This document shows, piece by piece, positions 1 to 10,353 of a DNA stretch of 64,000 bases (the first letter of the stretch is position 1; every line of letters begins with the position of its first letter). Origin of the DNA: an uncultured Verrucomicrobiae bacterium (GTDB taxonomy: Bacteria > Chlamydiota > Chlamydiia > Chlamydiales > Rhabdochlamydiaceae); contig CAVSUE010000001.1 in the NCBI GenBank assembly GCA_963731265.1, positions 1,632,001-1,696,000 of the forward strand. The letters run 5' to 3'. The notes under the pieces are model-generated. The model made no database searches, was not told where the DNA came from, and saw nothing but the letters and a program-made list of their open reading frames with translations. The position numbers and the translations under genes were made by a program.

Positions 1-2
1 TG

Positions 3-1451
3 ATCGACTCCATCCGCAAATCCAAACTTGCAGCGGGGGAAGCAGGAGAAATTACCCAGCATATCGGAGCTTTCAAATGCCATACCGATGCCGGTGATCT
101 CACCATCCTGGATACCCCTGGCCATGAAGCTTTCTCCGCCATGCGCGCCCGCGGTGCTGATGTCACCGACATCATCGTCTTGGTCATCGCAGGCGACGAA
201 GGAATACGCGCCCAAACGGTCGAAGCGATCCAACAAGCGCAAACAGCCCATGTTCCAATTCTTGTCGCCCTTAATAAATGCGATAAGCCGAATTTCAATT
301 CCGAGAACATCTACCGCCAGCTCTCCGAGCACAATCTTCTTCCTGAAAGTTGGGGCGGACAAACGATCACCGTGAATTGTTCGGCAGTAACAGGACAAGG
401 GATAAAAGAACTGCTCGAGATGCTTGCCCTCCAAGCTGAAATCCTGGAGCTCAAGGCTAACCCGAACTTCCGCGCCCGTGGAACCGTGATCGAATCGCAA
501 ATGCACAAAGGCCTTGGAGCTGTGGCGACCATCCTCGTGCAAAACGGCACCTTGCATTTAGGAGATGCTCTTGTGTTTGCGCAGCAATATGCCCGCGTAA
601 AAACCATGCATGATGAACACGAACGGGAATTGACAGAAGCTGGTCCTTCAACCCCTGTCAAAATTACCGGCCTTTCGGGACTTCCTGAAGCCGGCAGCGA
701 GTTCTTCGTCGTCAAAAGCGAGAAAGAGGCGATGGAGATCGCAGAAAAACGAACAGAAGGGCAGCAACACGCCCAACTCCAGCAGGCCAAACGCGGCGCT
801 GAGAGCTTCCTTGCAGAAAAAGCCAATGGGATTCAGAAAAAAATACTTAATCTCATTTTGCGTGCCGACGTGCAAGGGTCTGTCGAGGCTCTGCGAACAT
901 CATTGCTCAAGATCGCCTCTAAAAAGATCGAACTCAATATCCTCTCATCCGCCGTCGGTGAGATTTCAGAGTCCGATGTCCAACTCGCCCAAGCTTCCAA
1001 AGCGACGATTATCGGTTTCCATACACAAATCGAAAGCCATGCGGAATCCCTGATTAAAGAATTGAAAGTGACAGTCAAACTCCATGACATCATCTATCAT
1101 GCTGTCGACGATATCCGTGCGGTTATGCTCGGCATGCTCGACAAAATCCCTCAAGAAACCGACATTGGAGAGGCAGAGGTCAAGGCGATCTTTAAATCTT
1201 CTCATCTCGGCGTGATTGCAGGATGCATGGTGACCGACGGAACGATCAAGCGTTCCGCCCATGTCCGTCAAGTCCGCGATAAGAAAGTCGTTTGGAAAGG
1301 ACCTATCCACTCCTTGAAAAAAGTCAAAGAGGATGTCCGCGAAGCTGCCAAGGGATACGAGTGCGGAATTGTTCTTCAAAATAATAATGACATCAAAGTC
1401 GGCGATGTCCTGCAAGCTTTCGAAATCACTTATCTCGAACAAGAGCTTTGA
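3..1451 (+). CDS. infB: Translation initiation factor IF-2 (5' end outside window)
   Basis: Frame open from position 3: [41 protein letters not shown]; followed by rbfA-truB-ribF. Confidence 0.98.
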   Translation: MDSIRKSKLAAGEAGEITQHIGAFKCHTDAGDLTILDTPGHEAFSAMRARGADVTDIIVLVIAGDEGIRAQTVEAIQQAQTAHVPILVALNKCDKPNFNSENIYRQLSEHNLLPESWGGQTITVNCSAVTGQGIKELLEMLALQAEILELKANPNFRARGTVIESQMHKGLGAVATILVQNGTLHLGDALVFAQQYARVKTMHDEHERELTEAGPSTPVKITGLSGLPEAGSEFFVVKSEKEAMEIAEKRTEGQQHAQLQQAKRGAESFLAEKANGIQKKILNLILRADVQGSVEALRTSLLKIASKKIELNILSSAVGEISESDVQLAQASKATIIGFHTQIESHAESLIKELKVTVKLHDIIYHAVDDIRAVMLGMLDKIPQETDIGEAEVKAIFKSSHLGVIAGCMVTDGTIKRSAHVRQVRDKKVVWKGPIHSLKKVKEDVREAAKGYECGIVLQNNNDIKVGDVLQAFEITYLEQEL

Positions 1452-1456
1452 TCGTC

Positions 1457-1837
1457 ATGGTTAAAAATCGCGTCGCTAGACTCAACTCTTTGCTCAAAGA
1501 AGTCATTTCCGAAGTAATCCACCGCGACGTGCGCAATCCGCACGTCAACAAATTCGTCTCTGTCACAAGCGTTGACATCACGAGCGATCTTCAGCATGCC
1601 AAGGTCATGATTAGCGTGATCGGCACACCTAAAGAAAAAGAAGAAACCATCCTCGCTTTGCAATCCGCCGCAGGCTTTATCGCCATCCATTCTTCCAAAA
1701 AAGTCGTCATGCGCTATTTCCCTGAATTGACCTTCAAACTGGACACTACTGTAGATCAACATATGCGCATCGAGTCTCTTTTGGGGAAAATTAAAGAAGA
1801 ACAAAAGTCGCGCAAATCTCCTCCTGAAGAACTATGA
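1457..1837 (+). CDS. rbfA: Ribosome-binding factor A
   Basis: RVARLNSLLKEVISE, DLQHAKV, RYFPELTFKLD; position after infB. Confidence 0.95.
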   Translation: MVKNRVARLNSLLKEVISEVIHRDVRNPHVNKFVSVTSVDITSDLQHAKVMISVIGTPKEKEETILALQSAAGFIAIHSSKKVVMRYFPELTFKLDTTVDQHMRIESLLGKIKEEQKSRKSPPEEL

Positions 1838-2586
1838 ACTTTTCTGAAGGGATTCTTCCCGTTTTCAAACCTAAAAATAAAACCTCCTTCAGCCTGGTCG
1901 GCATGCTCCGAAAACTCACCCATATTCGGACAATTGGACATGCAGGGACATTGGATCCGTTTGCCGATGGAGTCATGGTTCTTTTGATTGGAAAACGGTA
2001 CACGCAGTTAAGCAATCGTTTTTTGCATCAAGATAAAGAATATTTGGCGGAAGTCCATTTGGGGATTACCACCGATACTTATGATATTGAAGGGAAAGTC
2101 ACGGAGCAAAGTCCTTCCATCCCCGCACGATCTGAAATTGAAGAAACATTGAGCAAATTCCAAGGCACCATTTTGCAAACGCCTCCCATGTATTCTGCAA
2201 AAAAAATCGATGGGAAAAAACTCTATGAACTTGCCCGCAAAGGAATCACCGTCAAGCGGGAGGCAGTGCCTGTAACTTTACATATCGAACTGATCGATTA
2301 TGCCTATCCCCACCTGACTATTAAAGTGCAATGTTCGAAAGGAACTTACCTCAGATCTCTCGCCTATGATATTGGCATCGACCTCGGATGCGGTGCTCAT
2401 CTAGCTGTCTTGACGCGGACGCGGAGCGGCTCGCTCACCCTCAAAGAGTGCTGTGATGGTGCGCAATTAATGGAATCCAGTTATGATTGGCAACGTTACC
2501 TGATCAAGGATGAGAAGAACCTGTGCTGCTCATTACCGACCTCCATCAAATCCCCCCCTCTAATCAACCTTGTGGCCTCACCATAG
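1834..2586 (+). CDS. truB: tRNA pseudouridine(55) synthase
   Basis: GHAGTLDPFADG, QTPPMYSAKK, CSKGTYLRSLA. Confidence 0.96.
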   Translation: MNFSEGILPVFKPKNKTSFSLVGMLRKLTHIRTIGHAGTLDPFADGVMVLLIGKRYTQLSNRFLHQDKEYLAEVHLGITTDTYDIEGKVTEQSPSIPARSEIEETLSKFQGTILQTPPMYSAKKIDGKKLYELARKGITVKREAVPVTLHIELIDYAYPHLTIKVQCSKGTYLRSLAYDIGIDLGCGAHLAVLTRTRSGSLTLKECCDGAQLMESSYDWQRYLIKDEKNLCCSLPTSIKSPPLINLVASP

Positions 2587-3296
2587 GAAGCTTTGACGGC
2601 GTTCATCTCGGCCATCAAGCCCTTCTTAAGCATTTAAAATTGACGCTTCCTCCCAATAGTCTGTCCATCGTTTTTACATTCTCCAACCACCCTTCCCATC
2701 TCTTCACACCTGACCAACCCACTCCTCTCATTTCCCCGCCTGTCCAAAAAGCAAAACTACTTTTCGAACATGAGGCTGATGTCGTTATTCTAATTCCTTT
2801 CACTGCAGATTTTGCAGAAACCCCCTTCTCCGATTTCTTGAAATTCTTAAAAAAACAATTACAATTTTCTCAGCTCATCTTGGGCATGGGAGCTACTTTT
2901 GGGAAAGGTAAAGAAGGCGATGAGAACGCTGTTCGAAAACTTTCTGAAAAACTTGAATTTAGCGTCGAGTACCTTCCTAAAACCATGATTGACGGTGAAC
3001 CGGTCTCTTCAGGCAGGATTCGCTCATTGATTGCAAAGGGCGCCTTCCACGACGTTGAAAAGCGTCTGGGTAGGGATTATTCCCTCATGGGGCGCTACCA
3101 AGGCAGCGAATTTTTCCATCTTCCCCTTCAAGGAATTTGCTTGCCTCCCGAAGGCATTTATCCCGTTCGCGTGAAAAGAAAATCTTCATTGGATTTGGCA
3201 AGAGCTTACGTGCTACCCCTGGAGCAAAAGATCCGTTTGGACCTTTTTCATGAGACCATTCCCCTGCATGATGAGGACATAGAAGTCATTTTTTAA
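2523..3296 (+). CDS. ribF: FAD synthetase; C-terminal riboflavin kinase domain truncated or degenerate
   Basis: TIGSFDGVHLGH, VSSGRIRSLI; no GxxxGFPTAN motif; only 257 aa. Confidence 0.85.
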   Translation: MLLITDLHQIPPSNQPCGLTIGSFDGVHLGHQALLKHLKLTLPPNSLSIVFTFSNHPSHLFTPDQPTPLISPPVQKAKLLFEHEADVVILIPFTADFAETPFSDFLKFLKKQLQFSQLILGMGATFGKGKEGDENAVRKLSEKLEFSVEYLPKTMIDGEPVSSGRIRSLIAKGAFHDVEKRLGRDYSLMGRYQGSEFFHLPLQGICLPPEGIYPVRVKRKSSLDLARAYVLPLEQKIRLDLFHETIPLHDEDIEVIF

Positions 3297-3772
3297 ATTT
3301 GCTTCTCGGTCTCAGGGCTCCACTCCGGGTCTGTAATCGACAAATAGACCAAGTCGCTTTTTCCATTATTTTTTATGGCTCTTTCGATTCCAGGAGCGAC
3401 AAAGATCACATCCCCTTTTTTCACGGAATGAACCGCTTTCCCGATCTCGATCTCTCCTGTTCCCTCAAGAATGAAATAAAATTCGGAGATCGTAAAGACC
3501 GTCTTTGGCCAACCAGAGCCTGGTTTGATGGTGAATTGGGCCGTCGAATAGCGAATGTTAGGCGCGCCTTGTTTAAGATCTATTGCTGAACCATCCTGTC
3601 GGTTGGGGTGAAACATCGGCTTAAATAAAATTCCTTCAGAAAAAGGCACTGACGTCTCTTTCACCTCTTCCATGTTAAATATCTTTTTTTCTAAATAGTT
3701 GTTCATTGTCTGTTCTTCATTTATCAACATTGCGGACAAAAGCAGGGCGTACATAGTCACTCCGATGAGCAT
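3293..3772 (-). CDS. Cupin-domain protein
   Basis: EFYFILEGTG...VKKGDVIFVAPG cupin signature. Confidence 0.75.
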   Translation of the reverse strand: MLIGVTMYALLLSAMLINEEQTMNNYLEKKIFNMEEVKETSVPFSEGILFKPMFHPNRQDGSAIDLKQGAPNIRYSTAQFTIKPGSGWPKTVFTISEFYFILEGTGEIEIGKAVHSVKKGDVIFVAPGIERAIKNNGKSDLVYLSITDPEWSPETEKQI

Positions 3773-4034
3773 GGTTTCATTGAGTCTCAGCTCATTATAC
3801 AGCTCCGTCCTTTTTTTGAAAGGATTTTTCTCTATGTAAGATGTCGTGTCGAGGAAAAAAGGGAAAAAGAACGAGTTGAATTAACCTTTCCCAAAAAACC
3901 CTAGAAAGGTAAGCTTTTAGTTATACTCGTGTGCTCAAGATTGCTGAAAGAAACTCTTTAAAGGAAGGATTAATCGCGTGGTTGCAAAAGGTTCTGAAAT
4001 CATCCAATTTCCTCCGAAAATTAAAAGGGATAAC

Positions 4035-5309
4035 ATGCAGAAAACTCGCGCCACACACTACCGCTGGGTCGTCGCCACCCTGGTGTTTTTTATTACTTTC
4101 GTCAATTTTATCGACCGCTCAGCAATTTCTTTTGTCATCAGTCCGTTGAAACAGGAATTTCATTTCACGGATACAGAGTTCGGGATGATCCTTTCCGCTT
4201 TCGGCGTTGGCTACGTCCTTTTGACAGCATTCGGAGGCTGGCTCGTCGACCTGTGGGGAGCGCGCATTGTATGGCCTTTGGCAGCGATCGCTTGGTCCGT
4301 ATGCGTGGGCCTCCTCGGTTTTGCCGGCGGTTTCTGGGGCTTTATCATGCTGCGTTTTCTTCTCGGCGTTACCGAAGGCCCCCACTTTCCCGCCATGTCT
4401 CGGACGGTCAGTTATTGGCTCCCCCCTGCGGAACGAGCGCGAGCCCTGTCCTTAGGTCTTGTCGCCATTCCATTGTCGGCAGTCGTTGGGGCGCCCATTT
4501 CCACTTACCTTGTCGCTGACTTTGGCTGGAGAATCATGTTCTTTTCCATTTGCGCTTTGGGAATTGTTTGGGCATTTGTTTGGTACTGGCTTTTTAGAGA
4601 CCGTCCTGAAGATTCCCCGTTTGTCAATGAAGCTGAAAAAAAATTAATCACAAGCTCCCGCCCTGAAAAGCTAGAAAGGAAAAAAAACCCTGTAGATTGG
4701 CGGTTTATTCTTACTCATCCCGCTCTTATCGCTAATAATGTCGCCTACTTCGCGTTCGGCTACATGCTGTTTTTTGCGACCTTGTGGCTTCCAGGCTATT
4801 TTTTAACCCAGCACGGCCTCAATCTTAAAAGCGTGGGATGGTATTTGACGATCCCTTGGCTTTCCGCCGCCCTCTTCTTAAAAGCCGGAGGAATCATCTC
4901 GGACCGGCTTTATCAGAAAACCGGGAGTAGCAGATTGGCACGCTCCCACTTGATTTGGAGCAGCCAGCTGCTCGCCGCCGTTTTCTTTGTTCTGCTCGGC
5001 TTCACCGATTCTCTCAGTTTTTCTTTGATTTTCTTGAGCCTGGGACTCGGTTTTGGGTTTATGCCCCAACCTGCATTCTTTAGCATCAATATTGATGTCG
5101 CCAAAGAACGTGCAGGTTCTTCGCAAGGAGTCACTTCGAGCTGTCTTTCTCTGGCGGGCATCATCGCTCCCGTTTTGACGGGATGGCTCATCGATCTGAC
5201 AGGAAATTATCAGGGCGCATTCCTGCTATTGGCCGGATTCACCATCGTCGCGGTGGTTGCAGTCATCCTTTTCCATCATCCCGATCGTGAATATTCTCGC
5301 GCCTCATAG
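4035..5309 (+). CDS. MFS transporter, anion:cation symporter (ExuT/GudP-like)
   Basis: NFIDRSAIS, GGWLVDLWGAR, RFLLGVTEGPHFP; many TM segments; start ATG 4035 chosen. Confidence 0.88.
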   Translation: MQKTRATHYRWVVATLVFFITFVNFIDRSAISFVISPLKQEFHFTDTEFGMILSAFGVGYVLLTAFGGWLVDLWGARIVWPLAAIAWSVCVGLLGFAGGFWGFIMLRFLLGVTEGPHFPAMSRTVSYWLPPAERARALSLGLVAIPLSAVVGAPISTYLVADFGWRIMFFSICALGIVWAFVWYWLFRDRPEDSPFVNEAEKKLITSSRPEKLERKKNPVDWRFILTHPALIANNVAYFAFGYMLFFATLWLPGYFLTQHGLNLKSVGWYLTIPWLSAALFLKAGGIISDRLYQKTGSSRLARSHLIWSSQLLAAVFFVLLGFTDSLSFSLIFLSLGLGFGFMPQPAFFSINIDVAKERAGSSQGVTSSCLSLAGIIAPVLTGWLIDLTGNYQGAFLLLAGFTIVAVVAVILFHHPDREYSRAS

Positions 5310-5333
5310 CCCAGAGTTCATAGAATCGACGCA

Positions 5334-5394
5334 TATACTACTGACGGTTGAAAGCTATAGGAAATTTCTGTCACTTTCAAGCGTCAGCAATATA
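5334..5394. repeat. Palindromic element family A, internally deleted mini-copy
   Basis: TATACTACTGACGGTTGAAAG...CTTTCAAGCGTCAGCAATATA; left end matches 10354. Confidence 0.75.
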
Positions 5395-5404
5395 GGTTCT
5401 GTGA

Positions 5405-5620
5405 TTAATTCATTTCCTCGTCGCGGTATTCGATGATATCGCCGGGTTGACATTGCAAGGCTTTACAAATTGCTTCTAGGGTGCTGAATCGAAGGGCTTT
5501 GGCTTTACCCGTCTTTAAAATGGATAAGTTTTGTTCAGTAATTCCAATCAGCTCGGCGAGTTCTTTTGACCGTTTTTTCTTTTTGGCGAGAATGACGTCT
5601 AGATTAACGATGATCGGCAT
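5405..5620 (-). CDS. XRE/Cro-like HTH regulator (YozG-like)
   Basis: MPIIVNLDVILAKKK...ITEQNLSILKTGKAKALRFSTLEAIC...CQPGDI; usual partner of DUF2975. Confidence 0.9.
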   Translation of the reverse strand: MPIIVNLDVILAKKKKRSKELAELIGITEQNLSILKTGKAKALRFSTLEAICKALQCQPGDIIEYRDEEMN

Positions 5621-5872
5621 ATACCGCTCCCCCTTGAAAGTTAGGAAAATTTCTGCTTCAGCATCTTTATACACATCGTGACTCAAAAGTTGACCACTGA
5701 CTTCGTCGGCATCCTCATCTTTGCAGCTCGCTGCATCGAGGATGCAAATCTGAAGCGCCGACCTTGCCATTGACTAAGTAAACTTACGGCCGCGTTGTGA
5801 CACGCCCTTTTTGTTCGTTTCCATCGACCATGTGCGCCGACATTGTCTGCTTCAACAACCAAAAAATGACAG
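5620..5872. repeat. Family A element (one end truncated) containing a family B segment at 5669-5781
   Basis: Flanks match the reverse complement of 10354-10539; insert matches 55050-55200. Confidence 0.85.
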
Positions 5873-6436
5873 TTACACCGTCGCCGCTTGTTCTTCTTGG
5901 AGTTTTCGCCCTTCATCCATGATCCAAGAAATTAAAATAATGACGAGAGCTAACGCAGTCCAATTAAATTCTGCAGTGCCAAAAGATACGGCGATCACAC
6001 GTTGCCCAGGCGGGTTGGAAAGTGTCAACGTCAGCGAAAGCAAAGCCGTATAAATAGGAAATGTCAACTGACCGGCCAAAAGGGAGAATCCGATACGGCG
6101 TAAAGTCCCTACAGAATGCTGAGAAAAAAACTCCATTTCTTCAAAAAGTCGAAAGAGTTTAGCAAGAAAATAAAGCGCTAGAACCGAAAAAGCATTGGGA
6201 ATTAACGAGACGAGAAAAGCAAAGATTTTTGTCGATGTAGCCATCATTGGGATCGGGGTTAAAAGAGAGTCTGCGATAAATCCTTCTGGCCAGAGATGAA
6301 TATTGAGCAGGGGATGAATCGTCTGTCCATCGCAAATCCAAAAGATGGCTGTGAGGATAGGAACTAGACAAAGGTAAAAAATAGTGAGGTATCGTAAAAT
6401 CCGGCTTACTCGTTTGATTTTTAGATTTGATGTCAT
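5873..6436 (-). CDS. DUF2975 family membrane protein
   Basis: Four hydrophobic segments, C-terminal ISWIMDEGRKLQEEQAATV, upstream of YozG-type HTH. Confidence 0.85.
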   Translation of the reverse strand: MTSNLKIKRVSRILRYLTIFYLCLVPILTAIFWICDGQTIHPLLNIHLWPEGFIADSLLTPIPMMATSTKIFAFLVSLIPNAFSVLALYFLAKLFRLFEEMEFFSQHSVGTLRRIGFSLLAGQLTFPIYTALLSLTLTLSNPPGQRVIAVSFGTAEFNWTALALVIILISWIMDEGRKLQEEQAATV

Positions 6437-6509
6437 AAAACTCTCCTTTTTTGAAGTATTTCCAAAAAAGGGGATTATCGTTAAACGATCATTTCTAGTC
6501 AAATCTCAA

Positions 6510-7715
6510 TCATCTTATTTTAACGACAAGAGCGGAAAGATTGTCTGTTGAACCGGAGAGATAAGCGGAATAGACGATATTCTTCGCCAATGTTCCAGGT
6601 AAAAGAGCGCGCCCTGCATGCGCATTTTGAACAATGTCCGCTGTCCTTGCGACATCATAGATGCCATCGCAGCATAAAATTAAATGGCTTCCGGGTTGGA
6701 TTTCAGAAAGAGGTTTAACCGTGATCTTCGGCCGAGGATTGATGGCGTGTCCCAGACGATGGTCGCCGATCGCTCTTCCCACGGCAAGAACGCCATTGAT
6801 CCTATGAACAGGACCCACAGGTATCACCTCTCCCCCTCTCTTCTCGATGTTCCTCTTATAGCGCGCATCAGAGGGTTTTGCATCCTCACTCAATTGGATC
6901 GGGGTCCCAGCATTGTCCAATACAGTTCTCGAGTCTCCCACATTGGCAGTCCATAGTTTGTTATCCAGGATCATCGACACCGTGGCCGTGCTTCCTTGAC
7001 CGTTGGCAACATGAGGATGCGCATCTTTAAAATTTCGATGCAAACGGACGAATGTCATTTTCAATGAGCGCCAAACCCCCGCGTCAGAGAGCCCATTTGG
7101 ATTGAACTCCAGCAAAGCCCCGCTGAGCTGTTCTTGCAGATGATCACGAATAAACCGGGATGCTTCAGGGCCGCCGTGGCCATCGAAAATACCGAACAAC
7201 TGAATTGGATAATCTCTGCCGCCGATACAGACACGGGTTTCTATGGCTAAATGTTCATCTTCCATGCTTGGCCTTCTTCCTTGCGCATGGCAGACTCCAA
7301 CAGCGAGATTTCCGACCCGCTCTTCATGGGCATTCCAACCTGCAGGAGCAAACGCATAGTGAAAACCTTTGGACGGCTCTTCTCTCATTTGCCGCTCTGC
7401 ATGCTGCATCTGACCCGACAACCGGCTCTGAATTTCACTGTCTTGCGAGATGAGATGATTGTCGTCTCCGATTGGGCGGGAGAAAAAGCCAAACCATTTA
7501 AAAATGGAACGAAAACACTGCGCTATAGAGTTAAAACAATTTTTTATTGGATCAAAAATGCCTTCCCTAGCTTGTGCACGGGAAGTCAAGGTTGAAGCAG
7601 TGGAATTTTTTTGAACGACGTTCGGTTGAATGTTAGCTGGAACAGTAATTGTAAAATTCAGATGATTAGAAGCTTGAGCCCTTTGACTTATATCAAAATT
7701 TAAATTAACTGACAT
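6510..7715 (-). CDS. Eukaryote-like PP2C (PPM) Ser/Thr phosphatase with N-terminal extension
   Basis: QGRRPSMED, FDGHGG, GSTA, ANVGDSR, LAVGRAIGD, CCDGIYD, STDNLS. Confidence 0.9.
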   Translation of the reverse strand: MSVNLNFDISQRAQASNHLNFTITVPANIQPNVVQKNSTASTLTSRAQAREGIFDPIKNCFNSIAQCFRSIFKWFGFFSRPIGDDNHLISQDSEIQSRLSGQMQHAERQMREEPSKGFHYAFAPAGWNAHEERVGNLAVGVCHAQGRRPSMEDEHLAIETRVCIGGRDYPIQLFGIFDGHGGPEASRFIRDHLQEQLSGALLEFNPNGLSDAGVWRSLKMTFVRLHRNFKDAHPHVANGQGSTATVSMILDNKLWTANVGDSRTVLDNAGTPIQLSEDAKPSDARYKRNIEKRGGEVIPVGPVHRINGVLAVGRAIGDHRLGHAINPRPKITVKPLSEIQPGSHLILCCDGIYDVARTADIVQNAHAGRALLPGTLAKNIVYSAYLSGSTDNLSALVVKIR

Positions 7716-7848
7716 AGTAAAAACCGTAGTAATTTTCATTAAGTTATACCAAACACTCATGTTTTGACCAACACGTTTTAGCTTGCCATTAGAACCGCAG
7801 TCCCCTATTCTTTTTGGCAAATCCATTCTTCAAAAAAAAGTAATTACC

Positions 7849-8943
7849 ATGGCTGGACTTTCCTGCGGTATTGTCGGTCTTCCCAATGTGGGCAAATCGA
7901 CCCTTTTCAACGCTCTCACTAAAAAAGCAGCTCAAGCTGCGAATTACCCCTTTTGCACCATCGATCCCAACGTCGGGATCGTCGATGTGCCCGATCTGCG
8001 TCTTCCCGTGCTTTCGAAGATCTCAAAAAGCCAAAAGCTCGTGCCCGCCACCATCACTTTTGTCGATATCGCCGGCCTCGTCAAAGGCGCCTCAGAAGGA
8101 GAAGGGCTCGGCAATCAGTTCTTGGCCAATATCCGCGAAACCGATGCGATTGTGCACGTCGTGCGATGCTTTGAAAACGATGATGTGATCCATGTCGCCG
8201 GCAAAGTGGACCCCATCGCCGATATCGAAGTGATCAACCTTGAGCTTGTCCTAGCGGATTTGCAAATGGCAGAAAACATCGTCAGCCGCCTCGAAAAACA
8301 AATGAAAGGCAAAAAAGAGTTACTTCCAGTTGTTGAAACAATGCGCAAAGCTACCGCGCATCTGAATCAGAATAAACCTCTGCGCACCTTATCCTTAACA
8401 GATGAAGAAAGAGGATTCATCCTCGATTACCCATTCTTGACAGACAAAAAAGTGCTCTATGCCTGCAACGTTTCCGAAATCTCTCTGCCTTCGATGGAAA
8501 ATGAATATGTGCAGAAAGTGCGCGATTATGCCGCTGCGGAGGGAAATCGAGTCATTCCGATTTGCGCCAAGCTGGAAGAAGAAGTAGCGCAGTTCAGCGA
8601 TGAGGAAGCCATCGAATTCCTGAAATCGCTTGGCCTGGAAGAAACAGGGCTGAACCGTTTGATCAAAGCCGCCTATGAGATCCTGGGATTGATTTCTTAT
8701 TTAACCACCGGTGAAATAGAGACCCGCGCCTGGACCATTCGCCGCGGGACCAAAGCTCCCGAGGCCGCAGGCAAAATACACACCGACATCCAAAAAGGAT
8801 TTATCCGTGCTGAGGTCGTCTCTTACAAGGATATGGTCTCTTGCAATGGACGAGCAGGGGCCCGCGACGCCGGCAAATTACGTGCGGAAGGGAAAGATTA
8901 TATTGTACAAGACGGCGACGTCATCGAATTTTTACATAACTAG
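7849..8943 (+). CDS. ychF: Redox-regulated ATPase YchF
   Basis: [40 protein letters not shown]. Confidence 0.97.
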   Translation: MAGLSCGIVGLPNVGKSTLFNALTKKAAQAANYPFCTIDPNVGIVDVPDLRLPVLSKISKSQKLVPATITFVDIAGLVKGASEGEGLGNQFLANIRETDAIVHVVRCFENDDVIHVAGKVDPIADIEVINLELVLADLQMAENIVSRLEKQMKGKKELLPVVETMRKATAHLNQNKPLRTLSLTDEERGFILDYPFLTDKKVLYACNVSEISLPSMENEYVQKVRDYAAAEGNRVIPICAKLEEEVAQFSDEEAIEFLKSLGLEETGLNRLIKAAYEILGLISYLTTGEIETRAWTIRRGTKAPEAAGKIHTDIQKGFIRAEVVSYKDMVSCNGRAGARDAGKLRAEGKDYIVQDGDVIEFLHN

Positions 8944-9030
8944 TGCCCCGTTTCAAAAATTTTTGAGATAATTTCTAGCGTGAAAGCTCGCTAGAAATTA
9001 TTCCCAAAATTTCTGAAACGGGGCACTAGT
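8939..9030. repeat. Palindromic element family I (long hairpin starting at ychF stop)
   Basis: ACTAGTGCCCCGTTTCA...TGAAACGGGGCACTAGT with inner ATAATTTCTAGCG/CGCTAGAAATTAT stem. Confidence 0.85.
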
Positions 9031-9190
9031 AAGTGAGCTGAAATATTTATAATGAAATTCAAGGAGATTTTCGATGAGATTTTACAGCAGACGACGAAGA
9101 CAATGTGTGAAACACATGGCGAAGGAGGCTGATGTGAAAGATCGCGAAAAGAACTTGAAGTCATTATAAATATTTAAGCGAGCTTACTTA
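9030..9190. repeat. Palindromic element family J
   Basis: TAAGTGAGCTGAAATATTTATAATGA...TCATTATAAATATTTAAGCGAGCTTACTTA; central ATGTGTGAAACACAT hairpin. Confidence 0.8.
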
Positions 9191-9192
9191 AT

Positions 9193-10314
9193 ATGACACA
9201 AACACATTTATTTATCACCTGCGCGGAATATCTCGAGCCCCTTCTTATCGAAGAGCTCAAAAGCCTTGGTCTTACCGATCTGCGGCTTGGCTTTCGCGGT
9301 ATTTATGCACCGAATTCCCAGGAAAACATCTATAAAATCAATTATCTCAGCCGCCTTGCCACACGCGTGCTATTGCCATTAGCGCAATTCCATTGTCCGG
9401 ACCCCGAAACGCTCTATAACGAAGCCAAAAAAATCCCGTGGTTGGACTATCTCGATGAAACAAAGACATTTGCCATTGACGCCAATATTCACCACCCACT
9501 TATCCGCCATTCTTTGTTTGGCGCCCAGCGGGTCAAAGACGCCATCTGTGATGTCATGCGAGAAAGGAAAGGCGTAAGGCCTTCCGTCGACGTCAAAAAT
9601 CCGGACCTTCAACTCAATCTTTTCATCCACAAATCCAAAGCCATCTTGAGCTTGGACACTTCAGGCGCTCCTCTTTATAGAAGAGGTTGGAAAGAGGGCA
9701 ATGTCGAAGCCGGCGTCTCGGAAACTCTCGCTTCAGCCATTTTGATGCGCGCAGGTTATTCCGAGCGGGAAATTCTCTGCGATCCCTTCTGTGGCTCAGG
9801 CACATTCCTCGTCGAAGCCGCCTGCATCGCTACGCTTACTCCCGCGGGTTATTTCCGCAAAAAATGGGGATTTATGCAGTTACCCGGCTTTAAATCTACC
9901 GAATGGGAAGAATTTAAAAACCATTACGACCAAAAAAGACGTTCTATCCCCTCGCAAATGATCATCGGGGCCGACAATGATCCCCATGCGATTCGTTTGT
10001 GCCGTGAACACTTGCATAAAACTGGATTCGAAAAAGAAGTTCTTCTTCTTAACGCTCAGATCTCTAAATTATCTCTTCCCCGTTCGCCAACTCTCCTTGT
10101 CACAGACCCGCCCTTTGGCAAACGGATGGAAGCATTCACACAAATTTACCACGATTTTGGCCAATTCTTAAAGGCCAAATGCCCCGCAGCCCCATGGGCC
10201 CATCTGCTCACTTCCACTTATCATTTGGTCAAAGCGACAGGCTGCACGGTCATGTCGGAATGGCCGCTGAAGCATGGCGGCCTGAATGTCACTCTTTACC
10301 AATTAAAAAATTAA
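9193..10314 (+). CDS. THUMP-domain class I SAM-dependent RNA methyltransferase (RlmL/YpsC-like)
   Basis: SRLATRVL, LDTSGAPLYRRG, DPFCGSGT, DPPFG. Confidence 0.88.
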   Translation: MTQTHLFITCAEYLEPLLIEELKSLGLTDLRLGFRGIYAPNSQENIYKINYLSRLATRVLLPLAQFHCPDPETLYNEAKKIPWLDYLDETKTFAIDANIHHPLIRHSLFGAQRVKDAICDVMRERKGVRPSVDVKNPDLQLNLFIHKSKAILSLDTSGAPLYRRGWKEGNVEAGVSETLASAILMRAGYSEREILCDPFCGSGTFLVEAACIATLTPAGYFRKKWGFMQLPGFKSTEWEEFKNHYDQKRRSIPSQMIIGADNDPHAIRLCREHLHKTGFEKEVLLLNAQISKLSLPRSPTLLVTDPPFGKRMEAFTQIYHDFGQFLKAKCPAAPWAHLLTSTYHLVKATGCTVMSEWPLKHGGLNVTLYQLKN

Positions 10315-10353
10315 TTTCCTGTACGTCTTCGCTAAGATCTGCTACAGGAAGAG

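Noticed and set aside
2523..2586. truB/ribF 64-bp overlap as a programmed frameshift
   Set aside because: ribF has its own GTG start and truB is complete before the overlap; no clear slippery site
5621..5770. N-terminal extension of the HTH ORF (5405-5770)
   Set aside because: Derived from the nested A/B repeat; the family-typical start MPIIVNLD is at 5620
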